From NCBI GenBank assembly GCA_013239625.1, contig MU053513.1, forward strand, positions 3,702,303 to 3,766,302: DNA of 64,000 nucleotides, in the 5' to 3' direction. Source of the DNA: Lama guanicoe (Eukaryota). Made by a program: the position numbers and the translations under genes. Every line of letters starts with the position of its first letter. The first letter of the stretch is position 1. Under the pieces are notes generated by a model. The model ran no database searches. It was not told the DNA's origin and saw only the letters and a list, made by a program, of their open reading frames with translations. Below are positions 26,324 through 40,100 of the stretch, piece after piece.

Positions 26324-27779
26324 GTAAGGCCATGATGGAGAGACTCACGCCCGTGATGTGTATCAGTCAGTCATAGCAGTCGCTGCCCCAGACTACTGTT
26401 CTGTATGTAGATGCCCCAGACCATTTTCCCTTTAAGAAGTCTTGTTAAAGAAATCTGCTTTCCATTCAAGAAGACTTGTTCAAGTTCAGACTCTGCTACA
26501 TATTAAAAAGGTCATGCTAACAAGTCTTTCCGTATCCCCAGATCGCAATTATCAAAGGGTAAAATAAGGCTAAAACCTGTCTGTGTACTAGCACTTTTTT
26601 TTTAACACCAAATATATGTTAGGAGGAAAATATGTGAAAGTAAGTGATTAAGTGCCATACAAAAATTAGTTATGTTACATATTGTATTATTCCCATACTG
26701 AGTCATATATTAATGTTAATGGTTCAGATCGTTTGCAGAACTTTAAATAACTGTAATTCTGTAAAGTCAACTGTGCTATTGCCAGTTTTATATAAGTAAC
26801 AAAATTTGCCAGTAGACAGAATAATTGGTTCTAACAGCACCAGACTATGTTTTGTATCTACAGTTCTTAATTCAGGAGCACTTTATACCCACAGCCATTT
26901 TTTTTTTATTTTAAAATGCTGCAAAATAAACACACTTTTTCATAAAATTAATGCTGGGAGGTGGTAACACCTACAGTTTCTAAACTGTTTCAAAAGGTCA
27001 CTTGAGGATAATACTTTAAACTTTTGAAAAGTGCATGGAAGAAACAAGGAAATTATTACTATAAAGCTAAGAGATCATGCTCTCTATTTAGAATGACGGA
27101 AACTAAATTGTTAATGACCAAGGACCAAATTATTTTAAATAGTCTTTAAGGATTATTTTAACATAATTGGCATCTATCATAATAGTAGTGCCACCTAAAG
27201 CCAGTGTTTGAGATAGTTAACAAGTAGTTTGTTAAATTAAACCCTCTCTCCTTCCCACAATAACTGAAGCTCTATCATTAGCCACTGGAAACTACCGATT
27301 TGTTGGGTTTAGTTCTTAAATAGTATGATATTGTGCTATTCACTGTAACTTATCCCACTGCTATGCCTCTAAATGTGTGTGTGTGTATGTTTCTGTGTGT
27401 GCATGTGTGTTCAAGGGCAATTACTACTGTAACAAGTTAATCACTCTTTCAAGGGAAAGTAAGAGCTGGAATAAATGGGTGTGAGAATACAGGGTAAACA
27501 TAAGGATGCCCAGTAATTCACTAAACAGCAGTGTCTGGAGAAAAGAGAACAGCACAGCCCAGACAGTGAGGTGGAAAGGTCACAAATGCAAAAACAAGTC
27601 TAAGATGCGTCAGTGCATTAGAAGTGAAAATAGCTCCATCCTAGTTCTCAGTGGCTACATCAAACAGCAGAGGGTTTAATTCAATGTCGTATGCTGTCTT
27701 ATTCAAAAATAGTAATAAAGCAACTAGGATGGTGAATATTTTAGAAACCATAGTTGATGAAGAAATGCCAAAAGAATGA

Positions 27780-28085
27780 TTTTGCTGGAGACTAAAAAAA
27801 TGAGTTACTTGAAGGATTGTTGTAAGCAAAAGATGGCCACTTCTTTTCCAGAAGGTAGTGGATGCGAATTACAGGCAGGCAGATGAGAAAGAATTTTCTA
27901 ATACTTTGGTTGTTAAGAAAATAGAATAAGCTGTATCATATAAAAGTAAGTTTCTTTCACTCAGTGTGCACCAGACACTAATGAACATATTTTGAAGAAA
28001 TTTCAGAAAGGATTCTTGAATTAGGGATGGATTCTTACTTTTGATCAGATGATCTTCAAGGTCCTCTCCAACTTTAAAAGTCTAA
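27780..28085 (+). mobile_element. CR1/L3-like 3' fragment
   Basis: agaaagaattttctaatac and cagatgatcttcaaggtcctctccaactttaa resemble the L3 terminus. Confidence 0.55.
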
Positions 28086-28396
28086 ATGAAAGGGAGAAAT
28101 ACCATGGTTATAATACATCAGATCTTTATGAGTCAGACAGAAATAACCAAAGAGGAGAAGGCTTGGGGAACTTTTGGTACAAATCAAACATGAGCATTGG
28201 AAGAATGCCTCTAACTTACTAAAACTGAATACATAACTAGAATTTAAAAACCAACAAAAAAGAGTCTTTGGTTATTACCACCATTCTTAGAAGGAAATCA
28301 GTTTGAGGCTTATTTCTAGTTCTAACAGGAAAAAATTTCATTGAGAAATTATGATTTTTGGATCATTTTGAATTTCAACTATTTGTTTTATTTCAG

Positions 28397-28489
28397 AGCC
28401 ATTGGATATATCCCTACTACATTAATTTATCCAGTTTTAACTTTCATCTTCCTCTCAATCTGCATTTCCTACTGGGCTGTGATAGCAAT
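28397..28489 (+). CDS. SLC44A5: SLC44A5 exon, 93 nt: (K)[30 protein letters not shown](I)
   Basis: tatttcag|A ... GCAAT|gtatccttt (U12-type donor). Confidence 0.93.
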
Positions 28490-28922
28490 GTATCCTTTGG
28501 TCATTGACCTCTTTAAACCTCAGGTCCACATATCCTGGGAAGTCTAGGAACATCCTAAGAATGTAACTGAGTTGATGATGATGGTGATGACTGCCAAGCT
28601 CTAAAAAAGTTTCAGTGTACCAACTGGATCTCCCCTCCAATAGGTCATCTGGTAGATTTTGTTTTATTTTTGTCTTCGCATATATGCTCCTTGGCAAGAC
28701 CTAAAAGATCTCCTATATATTTCACTGTTTTTAAGGGGCCACTCAGCGCAGCTGACCCATGTTTATTATTCTGCATTTGAAAATGAATGAATTATTAAAA
28801 GATTATACATTTTTTGAAAATAATCTCTCAGTGGATTTTTTAGTTACTTGCATTATTTTCTTGTCCATTGACTTTCCACCTACCAGCAAACAGTTTATCT
28901 ATCCTTAATAGAGTTCGCTCAG
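28490..28922 (+). other. U12-type (minor spliceosome) GT-AG intron, 433 nt
   Basis: The 5' splice site is GTATCCTTT. The branch site TCCTTAAT lies at 28902-28909, about 14 nt before the CAG. There is no polypyrimidine tract, and the frame is kept across this junction. Confidence 0.9.
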
Positions 28923-29010
28923 TTACTTGGCTACATCAGGGGTACCTATATACAAAGTCATAACTCCAGAGGGGCAATGTAAACATGAAAATAAAACCTG
29001 TGACCCAAAG
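28923..29010 (+). CDS. SLC44A5: SLC44A5 exon, 88 nt: (I)[29 protein letters not shown]
   Basis: gctcag|T ... AAG|gtaagt. Confidence 0.93.
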
Positions 29011-29511
29011 GTAAGTAAAAGAGGCTCTCTTTTATGCACTTAGATACAGAATCCTACTTACATTTCACCCATCAGTTGTTGTAGGAATCATCCTGAAATA
29101 GAGAGCCTGTGCATTGATGGGGATTATTGGAGGGATGGGGAGGGTGGGTCAGGCGTTCAAAGGAGGGCACTGAATATGGTGGGCAGAATAGAGAAAAAGC
29201 ACTATTATTTCCTGAGCTCAATTGTCCTATCATAGACCTGCAAGGCAGTATGGTCAACAACAGCACTAATAATTGTAAAATGATAGTGGATGCAGAATGA
29301 TGAACATATAACGAAAAATGAGATACTTTCTAGAGCTCATTAAAGAATTATATAAAGTAATACTATAGAAAATGAGAATAACAGCAGAAATTAATAGAAA
29401 AAAAGCAGGACATGCAATTGAGGGCTACATAAGACAAGGCAGGGAAGGTGCTATCTTGGAATGGCACTTAATGCTATATTATTCATATTGGTTTTTTTTC
29501 CCTGAATGCAG

Positions 29512-29774
29512 ATTTTTAATACAACTGAAGTTGCCAAAGCTTGCCCTGGGGCTCAGTGTAACTTTGCTTTCTATGGTGGAAAAAGCTTGTACCATCAGTA
29601 CATTACTACCTTCCAGATATTCAACCTATTCGTCTTTCTCTGGCTTATAAACTTTGTCATTGCATTGGGTCAGTGTGCCCTAGCTGGTGCCTTTGCTTCC
29701 TATTACTGGGCCTTGAAGAAACCTGATGACATCCCACCATACCCACTTTTTAATGCATTTGGACGAGCCATACG
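29512..29774 (+). CDS. SLC44A5: SLC44A5 exon, 263 nt: [23 protein letters not shown]...[32 protein letters not shown](R)
   Basis: aatgcag|ATT ... ATACG|gtaagt; coincides with ORF 29506..29778. Confidence 0.96.
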
Positions 29775-30258
29775 GTAAGTTTCACATGGAACCCTACACC
29801 TGTCTTCCCATTTATGTTTAGTGTGCTTGTAATTCAAGTGGCGAGGTACAAATGAGGTCAAAGGTATAATTCAAGATTCCTGGATGTCCATCAGCTTTGT
29901 CTGGTTTTGTAGCCACAGTTGTATATGCCCTACCCTGAAAGGTTACTGGAGAGAAGAGGTAGGGGAGGGCACCAAATCAAATATTAAGGATTAGCTTTTC
30001 CCTTTCTTCATTGCTCAGCTCAAATACACTATTTTATGATGACAGGCTATTGGTATCACTTCTGTAAATGAAGTGCAAAACAGATGTACATGGTTTAAAA
30101 TCCTCTATGGAGACCTTTGTCAATCTGAGTAAGAGAGTGTAAGAAGCTCTTTCTATCAATCCTTCTGCAGATCCCTTTTACCGATAAAAATGAACTAACA
30201 TCCTTTTAGTTAATAGTAAAGATATTTTAACCTTTATTCTCCTTTTATCTTTGCCCAG

Positions 30259-30353
30259 ATATCACACAGGATCCCTAGCATTTGGATCTTTAATTCTTGC
30301 AACAGTTCAAATGTTTAGATTAATCCTAGAGTACTTGGACAAACGTCTTAAAC
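30259..30353 (+). CDS. SLC44A5: SLC44A5 exon, 95 nt: (R)[31 protein letters not shown](Q)
   Basis: ttgcccag|A ... AAAC|gtaaga. Confidence 0.95.
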
Positions 30354-30819
30354 GTAAGATTCCAGAATTCATCTTTACTCAGACTTCTTGACTTCTATGA
30401 AGAGAATAGACTGGGTCAAGGGCCTTGGGGAAATATGATGACTGTAGCTTGGACTATGGTAATAAGAATGGATGTGGTCAGACTGGGGATATGTTTGGAA
30501 GGAAAAGCCAGTGGGACTAGTTGAGGGATTAAAGATGGGGGGCAGGGGTAGGGAGAGTAGCAGTGGTAAAGAAAACAGAAGTTATGATGCTATTTGCTAA
30601 GATGTGGAAACCAGGAGAAGTAAATTTGAAAGAAGAGATTTAAAATTGTTTTTAATATTGAGAAGCCTAGTGGGAATATCAGGTGGTCCCAAGTCTAGAG
30701 CTCAGGACAGGTCAGGCTTAAAATATACATGTGGATGTTATTGGCATAAATCTTCATACATGACACATATAGTTCATAAACACATAAACTCTGCTTAGAA
30801 TTAAAAGATTTTATTATTA

Positions 30820-31441
30820 ATTGCCAAAATAATCTTGAAACAGAACGACTAAGTTGGAACATTAACATTTTCTGATTTCAAAACTCAATACAAAGCTACA
30901 GTAATAAAACAGTGTGGCACTGGTATAAGGACAGACATATAGATGTGGAATAGAATAGAGAACCCCAAAAAAACCCTCACATATAAGACCATTCAATGGG
31001 GAAAGGGCAATTTTTTTCAACTAATGTTACTAGGAAAACTGTATACCTACATGCAAAAGAAAGGAGTTGGACCCTTACCTTACACCATATACAAAAATTA
31101 ATTCAAAATGGATCAAAAACTTAACATAAAAGCTAAAACTATAAAAGTCTTAGAAAAAAGCATGGGAGGAAATCTTCTTGACATTGGATATATTGATGAT
31201 TTCTTGGATATGATACCAAAACTACAGGTAAACAAAAGAAAAAAAACAGATAAATTACACTTCATCAAAATTTTTTAAAAGTGCATCATAGGACACTATT
31301 GAGAGAGTGAAAATACAACCCACAGAATGGGAGAAAATATTTACAAATCATACACTGGATAAGCAACTAATACTCAGAATATATAATGAACTTCTACAAC
31401 TAAACAATAAAACAACCCAATTCAACATGGGCAAAGGATTT
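30820..31441 (+). mobile_element. L1 (L1MB-like) ORF2 3' region, left part, interrupted by a nested L1
   Basis: tacaaagctacagtaat, acaccatatacaaaaattaattcaaaatggatc and cagaatgggagaaaatattt; continues at 38080. Confidence 0.85.
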
Positions 31442-34400
31442 TTTAAATCAAGTAATTGTTTTTAGCTTTACTGAGGTAAAATTGACAATAAAATTGTAAT
31501 GTTTTTAAAGTGTACAACATAATTTGATACACATATACATTGTGAAAGGATTCCTACATTTAAGGTGGGACACATCTGTTCAACTCACATATTTAGCTTT
31601 TTTTCCCCCCTTTTGGGGAGAATGCTTAAGCTCTTCTCTCTCAGCAAGTTTTACTTATACAATATAGTATTATCAACTATACTCAACATGTTATACATTA
31701 GATCCTGAGACCTTATGCATCATATAGCTGAAAGCTCACACCCTTTTAGCAGCCTGTCTCTATTTCTCCTTATTTCCCAGTATGTGGCACATGTGGCACC
31801 ACAGTTCTACTCTGTTTATATAATACATTCAACTCCCGCCCACCGACTTACGAGCAATACCATGCATATTACTTTTTGTCTGGCTTATTTCACTTAGCGT
31901 AATGCTCCTCAGCTTCATTCACATTACTGCAAGAGTAGGATTTCCTTCTATTTTAAGGCTGAATAATATTCCATCGTGTGTCTATACCACTATTTTCTTT
32001 ATCTGCTGATCCATCTAATGAAACCTAGGTTGTTTCCACACATTGGATATTGTAAATAATGCTGCAGTGAACATTGGAGTGCAGATATCTCTTCAATACA
32101 GTCATTGTGTTTCCTTCAGTTATATATTTAGAAGTGGAACTGCTGACTCATATGGTAATTCTATTTTTAATTTCTTGAGGAACCTCCATATTGTTTTACA
32201 TAGTCGATGCATCAATTTACATTCCTGCCAGCAGTGTACAAGAGTTCTCTTTTCTCTACATCTTTACCAACACTTGTTATCTCTTGTTTTTTTGATAATA
32301 AACATCCTAACAGGTATGAGGTGATATCTCACTGTGGTTTTGATTTGCATTTCTCTGATAATAAGTGATGTTGACCACCTTTTCATGCACCCATTGGCCA
32401 TTTGTATGTCTTTGAAAAAATTCTATTCGGGTTCTTTGCCATTTTTTATTGGATTATTTGTGATATTCTGCTGTTGAGTTCTGTAAATTCTTACATATTT
32501 TGGATATTAACCCCTTACCATATATGTGGTTTGCAAATATTTTCTACTATTCAGTAGGTTACTTTTTCATGTTGCTGATAGTTTCCTTCGCTATACAAAA
32601 GCTTTTTAGTTTGATGTAGTCCCACTTGTTTATTTTGGTTTTGTTGCCTTTGCTTTTGGTGTGAAATCCAAAAAATCATTGCCAAGACCAATGTCAAGGA
32701 GCTTATCATGTTTTCTTCTAGGATTTTATGATTTCAGGTTTCACATTCAAGTCTTTAATCCATTTTGAGTTGGTAAGTGTACAGGGTAAGGTAAGGGTCC
32801 AATTTCATTCTTTTGCATGTGGGTATCTAGTTTTCCCAATATCATTTATTGAAGAGACTGTCCTTTCTGCATTGTATATTCTTGACTCCTTTGTGAAAAA
32901 TTAATTGACCATATATGCATGTGTATTTCTGGGCTCTCTATTCTGTTATGTTCATCTATGTGTCTATTTGTATGGCAATACCAGACTGTTTTGACTACTA
33001 TAGGTTTATAATAGAGCTTGAAATCAAGAAGTACAATGCCTTTAGCTTTGCTTTTCTTTCTCAATTGCTTTGGCTATTTGGATATTTTGTGTTTCCATAC
33101 AAATTTTAGGGATTTTTTTTCTATATCTGTCAAAAGTGGCATTGGAATTTTGATAGGGATTGCATGGAATTTGTACATACATGGCTACTATGAACATTTT
33201 AATATTAATTCTTCCAATCCATGAACATAGGCTATTTTCCACTTATCTGTTTCAATGCACAAGTATTTCTTCTCATTCAAATTTATTCCTAGATATATTA
33301 TTATTTTTGATCCAATTATGAATGGAATAGTTCTCTTAATTTCTCTTTGAAGTAGCTAGTTGTTAGTGTAAAAAAGGCAACTGATTTTTGTATATTTATT
33401 TTATTTCCTGAAACTTTACTGATTTCATATGTTAGTTCTAATAGTTTTTTGGAGACTGTAGGGTTTTATATATATTTATTATCATGTGATCTGCAGTTAC
33501 AATTTTACTTTTTCCTTTCTGATTTTAATACCTTTTATTTCTTTAACTTGCCTAATTGTTCTGGTTAGGACTTCCAGTACTGAATTAAAACAAAATGGGA
33601 CAAGAGTGGACATTTTTGTCTTGTTCCTGATCTTAGAAGAAAAGCTTAGAGGCTTTTCATCATTGACTATGATGTTAGCTGTTGGCTTGTCGTATATGGT
33701 CTTTACTATGTTGAGGCCTTATTTAACAAGTTTGTTGAGAGTTTTTATTATGAAAGAAGGTTAAATTTTGTCAAGTAATTTTTCTGCATTTATTGAGACA
33801 ACAATATGATTTTCATCCTTCATTTTGTTAATGTGGAGCATCACATTTATTGATTTGTGTATGTTAAACTATTCTTGCATCCCTGCAATAAATCCTACTT
33901 GATCTTGGTGTATCATTCTTTTTACCCACTGTTGAATTCAGTTTGCTAATATTCTGTTGATGATTTTTGCATTTATGTTCATCGGGGATATTGAACTGTA
34001 ATTTTCTATTCTTTCAGTGTCTTGATCTGGCTTTAGTATCAGGGTAAAGCTGGCTTCATAAAATAAGTTTGGAAAAAGTCTTTCCACTTCTATTGTTTGA
34101 AAGAGTTTGAGAGGGATTGGTATTAATTCTTCTTTAAATGTTTGATAGAATTCACCAGTGAAGCCAGTCGATCCTGGACTTTTTATGTTGTTGTTATTGG
34201 GAGCTTTTTGATCACTGAATCAAAATCCTCACTAGTCATTGATCTGTTCATATTTTCTATTTGTTCATGATTCAGTCTTGGTTAAGTTGTATATGTCTAG
34301 GAATTTATGTGTTTCTTCTAGGTTGTCCAATTTGTTGGTGTATAATTGTTCATAGTAGTCTGAACCATGATCCTTTTTATATGTGTGGTATCAGTTGTAA

Positions 34401-37400
34401 TGTCTCCTCTTTCAGTTCTGAATTTGCCTCTTCTTTTTTCTCAAATGGTCTAGAGAAAGGTTTGTCAACTTTATGTTTTCAAAAAACTAGTTTGTAGTTT
34501 CACTTATCTTTCCTATTATTTTTAAGTCTCTGTTTCATTTATTTCCATTCTGATCTTTGCTATTTCCTTCCTTCTACTAACTTTGTACTTATTTTCTTCC
34601 TTTTCTAATTCCTTGAGGTGTAAAGTTAAGTTGTTTGAGATCTTTCTTTTTTCTTAACAGGTGTTTATTGCTATGGACTTCCCTCTTAGAACTGCTTTGC
34701 TGCATCCCATCCCATACATTTTGGTATGTTGTGTTTCCATTTTCATTTGTCTCAGGATACTCTTTGATTTCTCTTTTGATTTATTCTTTGACCCACTGAT
34801 TATTCAGTAGCATGCTATTTAATCTCCACATATTGGTGAATTTTCCAATTTTCTTATTGTAAGTAATTTCTAGTTTCATACCATTGTGTTTAGAAAAAAT
34901 GCTTGATGTGATTGCAGACTTCCTACTTTTATTAAAACTTGTTTTGTAGCCTATCATATTATCTGTCCTGGAGACTGTTCCATATGCACTTTAGAAGAAG
35001 GTGTATTCTGCTGTGATTGGATGGAATGTACTGTAAATGTCTGTTAAATCTATCTGGTCTAATATGTAATTAGGTCTAATGTCTCTCTCTTAAATTTTCT
35101 GTCTGGATGATCTATCCATTATTGAAATTGGGGTTTTAAAAGCCCTATTATTATATTGCTATTAATTTCTTCTTTTGTATCTGTTTATATTTGTTTTATA
35201 TATTTATGTGCTCCAGTGTTGGGTAGATAAATACAATTTTTATATCCCCTTGATAAACAGATCCTTTTATCATTGTATTGTCTGGTTTCAGCTTTTGGCT
35301 TAAAGTCTATTTTGACTGACACAGGCATATGTTGTACACCTGCTTTCTTTTGGTTTCCAGTTGCAGGGAAAATCTTTTTTCCAATCCTTCTCTTTCAGTC
35401 TAGGCGTGTCTTTAGGATGAGACTTACAGGTAGCATATATTTGAGGGTTTTTTTAAAATTCATTCAGCCACTCTATGTCTTTTGATTGGAGAACTTAGTC
35501 TATTTACATTCAGTTATAATTATTGATGGCTATAGACTTACTGTTTCTATCTTGTTAATTGTTTTTCTGGCTGTTTTATAGTTTTTTTAATTTATCACTT
35601 CCTTTGCAATTTGATGATTTTCTGTAGTGATATATTTTGATTCTTGTATCAACTGTAGGTCTTTGCTTTGTAGTTATCATGAGGCTGATATAAATACCTT
35701 ACAGTTATGACAATCTACTTTAAGCTGTACTTTGTGTGCATACAAAGGCTCTCTATTTTTTACACTCCCCCATATTTTATGCTGTAATGTATTTGAAGTC
35801 ACAATTTATCTTTTTATATTGTGTATCCATTAACAAGTTATATAGTTATAGTTCTTTTTAATACTTTGTATTTTAGCCTTTATACTAGAGTTATAAGTGA
35901 TTTACCCACCACCATATAATTTTAGAGTATTTTGAATTTAACTGTATGTTTACCTTTATCTGTGAGTTCTATATTTTCATATATTATCATGTTACTAAGT
36001 AGCATCCTTTTGTTCAGCTTAAAGAACTCTCTTTAACATTTCTTATATGGCTGGTCTACTGGTGATGAACTCTTTCAGCTTTTGTTTGTCTGGAAAACTC
36101 TTTATCTCTCCTTTAATTCTGAAGAACAACTTGCCTGGCATATTTTTCTTTCAGCACTCTTAATTTATCATTCTACTTCATTCTGGCCTGCAATGTTTCT
36201 GCTTAAAAAAACTGCTGATAGTCTTATGGGGATTCCCTTATGTGCAACAAATTACTTTTCCCCTCTGCCTTTACTTGCATTTTAACTTTTGAAAATTTAT
36301 TTTGTGTGTCTCAATGTGGATCTCTTTAGATTCATCTTTTTTGGCATTCTTTGTGCTTTCTGGATCTGGATGAATGTTTGTTTCCTCAGGTTAGGGAACT
36401 TTTCGGTCATTTGAATATGTTTTCTGCCTCTTTCCATCTCTTCTACTTCTAGGACCTCTATAATGTGTATATTGATGGTGTCTCACAAATTCTTCAAGCT
36501 AACTTCACTCTTTTCATTTTCTTTTTCTTCTCTGATTGGATGAATCCCACTGCCTTGTCTTTGAATTCATTGATCCTTTCTTTCACTAGATCTACTCTGC
36601 TGTTGAATCCCGCTGTTGAATTTTTCAGTTCAATTATTATACTCTTCAGCTCTATGAATTCTGCTGGATTTTTAAAAATATTTTCTATCTCTTTGTTGAA
36701 ATTCTCACTTTGTTCATGCATTGCTCCCCTGACTGTGGTCAGCAGCTTTATGATCATTATTTTGAATTCTGTATTGGCTAAATCACTTATCTCTGTTTCA
36801 TCAATATCAGTTTCTGGAGATGTATCTTATTTTTTTAATTTGGAATATAATCCCTTGTTTCTTCATTTTTTTCTTGATTCTTTGTATTAGTTTTTGTGCA
36901 TTAGATAAAACAGCCACCTTTCCCAACTTGAGACTAGTCTCGTATAGGAAATGAGCTTCATTAATTAGCCCAGCCTGAGCTTTCAGTTCTCTCAAACCTT
37001 TGTGACTGTCCTAGTCACCATAGTTAGTTTAGTGGCCATTAGTAGTTGAAGGTGTGCCTAGAGCTGTCAGTGTCCCAAAGGGGAGAATCACAGTCAGAGC
37101 CTAGATGCAGGCTAATTAGAAGCTAAACCCTCAGGCAATTGCTTGGAAAGTAAGAAATTAAGCCCCTTTCCAGGAGAAACTGAGAGGTGGATATTTGCCT
37201 GCTTCTTCTGCACTGAATCAGAATGTATAGCCGGTGGGGGGGGGGCATTCCTTTACAATTTAAACACTGATTCTTTGTTTTCTACAGTTCTGAGGGACTC
37301 ATGAATGTAAGCCCTGTTGGCTCTCAGAGCCAGACAAAGTGGTGCCCAGGCCTTAGGCAGTAGCTGCAAAAGCTGGGGCACAAGGCATGTGTACAAGCTC

Positions 37401-38079
37401 CTTCCAAAGAGATGTTGGTGACCTGGTTTTGTGATTGGAGTGAGCTAGAGGGAGAAGGCAGTGGAAACACCCACTAGCTCCCCCTGGCTCCATGGAGGAT
37501 CACAGCTAGCCTCTAGAGTGTGTAAACTGGAAGCCAGACTTTCAGGCAACAGATTGCAAAGTGTGCCATTAGTCCCCTCCCAGGGAAAGACTGAAAGATG
37601 GGCATTTTTGCCTGCTCCCTCTGAGCTAAGCCCTGGGGGAACAGTGATTGTTAGCATAAGTACCTGTTAAGAATCGCTTGTTTTTATAGTCCTATAGAAC
37701 TTGTGAACCCAAGCCCCTGTGGCTTTCAGAGCTAAGTATTGGGGGGTGGGGGAGGAGTCTGTCCTTTTGGTGGGAGCCTTAAAAGCTGGACTCCTTGATG
37801 TGCTGTCCAAACCCTTCACTCCTCAGGGAGAAGCTGCGATTTGGGGTATTGTCCCAATTATATGGTACTGTGCCAGGGGTAGGGTTTATGGCAAGTGTGT
37901 CTCAGCCTTTCCTACCATTTCAGTGTGTGATTTTCTTAGTTGCCTGATGTATAGGAGTCACTCAGCTTGTTTCTGGATTTATCCCAGAGGAAACCACTCC
38001 ATGTATAGCTGTACCTTCAGTCCATCTGTGGGAGGAGGGAAGTTCAGGAGCCTCCTATATCACTATCTTTGTCCCTCCT
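31442..38079 (-). mobile_element. Near full-length decayed LINE-1 (~6.6 kb), antisense to SLC44A5
   Basis: 3' UTR at ~31450-31900. ORF2 remnants in minus ORFs 32846-33242 (CSWIGRINI, DFKLYYK). ORF1 remnant at 36494-36757. GC-richer 5' UTR at 37000-38079 with an L1-type start. Confidence 0.92.
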
Positions 38080-38880
38080 GCAAAGGACTTGCATTTACTT
38101 TGCTCTAAGAACATATATAAATGGTGAATAAACACCATTCTCAATATTAGTTATTAGGGAAATGCAAATCAGAACCATAATGAGGTACCACTTTATACCC
38201 ATTAGAATGGCCACTATCCAAAAAAGTGAAAAATAGCAAGTGTTTATAGGATGAGGATAAATTGGAACCCTTGTGCATTGCTGGTGGGAATGTTAACACT
38301 GTATAGACACTGTGGAAATCAGTAAGGTGTTTCCTCAGAAAGTTAAAAATTTTGATTGCCATATGACCAAGCAATTCCATTTCTAGACATATACTCAAAA
38401 GAATTGAAAGCAAGGTCTGAAACAAATGCTTGCATACCAGTGTCTACAGCAGCATTATTCACAATAGCCAAAAGATAGAAACAACCCAAATTTCCATTAA
38501 CAGATAAAAGAATTAGTAATTATGTGATATATACATACAATGGAATGTTATTCAGCTCTAAAAAGAAATGTAATGATGAATCTTGACAACTTAATGCTAA
38601 GTGAATAAGCAAGACACAAAAGAACAAATATTATGTGATTCCACTTACATGAGGTATCTAGAAGAGGCAAATTCATACAGACAGAAGCATGATAGAGGTT
38701 ACCAGGGGCTGGGAGAAGGGGAGAATGAGGAATTATTGGATATAGAGTTTCTATGTGAGAACGAAAAACTGATAGTGATGATAGTTGAACAAAACTGTGG
38801 ACATACTTAACGCTACTGAATCGTACACTTAAAATGGTTAAAACAGTAAATCGGATAGATGTTTTACTGCAATTAAAAAA
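38080..38880 (+). mobile_element. L1 (L1MB-like) ORF2 end and 3' UTR, right part
   Basis: agggaaatgcaaatcagaacc, ttgctggtgggaatgt and gtacacttaaaatggttaaaa...caattaaaaaa. Confidence 0.88.
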
Positions 38881-38969
38881 TTTAAAAGCCCATTTAAAAA
38901 TTTACTATTATTTTCTTGATTCATAGAATTTGCAAATCATTAATAGATGTAAATATCCCCTTCTCATAG

Positions 38970-39073
38970 AGGCCCAGAGCAACATCTCTAAATTCCTAAA
39001 ATGCTGCCTGAGATGCTGTTTCTGGTGTTTGGAAAAAGCAGTACGGTTTTTGAACAGAAATGCCTATGTTATG
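38970..39073 (+). CDS. SLC44A5: SLC44A5 exon, 104 nt: (Q)[34 protein letters not shown]
   Basis: ttctcatag|AG ... ATG|gtaagt. Confidence 0.95.
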
Positions 39074-40100
39074 GTAAGTAATTATCTTTTGTTTACTAAG
39101 CTTCTTCTTTGCAAACCCAAACCCTATGTCTACATTTCCATCTCCAAAGCATTCACGTATCAGGCAGCTGAATTTATCACCATGTTGATATAAGAATTTG
39201 TGAATCCAATGCATGATTCAGGGCTATGTTTTCCTAGTTGGGACAGTAACTTAACTGTACTTCATTATTACCTTCAATATATTTTTGGAGAGGAAAAATA
39301 TTATACCTTAGAAATACAAAAATTTGCTAGATAGTTTAGTGGGAGGAAAGCTTACTTAGTCTGTGTTTCACTCTGAGAAGAAAATATTCTTCTAATTGTG
39401 GGATTTACGTGTTTTTAAGGAAGAGTCTTTCTTTTTATGAATCTTATGTTAAAATGTTTGGAAATTGACAATGCCTAACTGAATTTGTTACTTATTTCCT
39501 GTGGGAATATGGAGGCTCCTAAAGAGATTTTTTTAAATAGGGGATCCAAAAACTATTCTAAAATTTAGCAACTACAACCTTGTAACACTTGCTTATTTTT
39601 CCCAGTAATATAGGATCTGGAGGGATGACTCAAATAGTCATAGACATTCAGCATCATTAATGTACCTCCAGTAAGAATATTGTATTGAACGTTTTAATCA
39701 GTAAATCAAGTTTACTGGAAGGCATTGTGTTTCCTGAGTGTAATTTTTAATGCGAATGCTGCAACATTTAACCCATTCAGTAAAAAACCATAGCCAAAAC
39801 ACTTCAAAGACAAAAGCTATATCCTGGGATTTGAGAAGAAGAGCTACCTCTGTTTGCAGCTGTCTAATCCCCACGGAGTTTAAGGGCACACAGCAACTGA
39901 AACACACCTTATTGTCAATAACTCTGAGAGCTGAGGACACACAGTTCCCTAGCCTCCCACAAACCCAAATGTTGGAAAAGAAGAAAGAGAGTAGCTGTAT
40001 GAGTGATAGAGAATTAATTTATGTTCCTGCCACTGGATTGTCTGTTGTTCTTGTTAAGTTATGTTACTGACTCCAGGATAAAATCAACTGTCTTCCTCAG

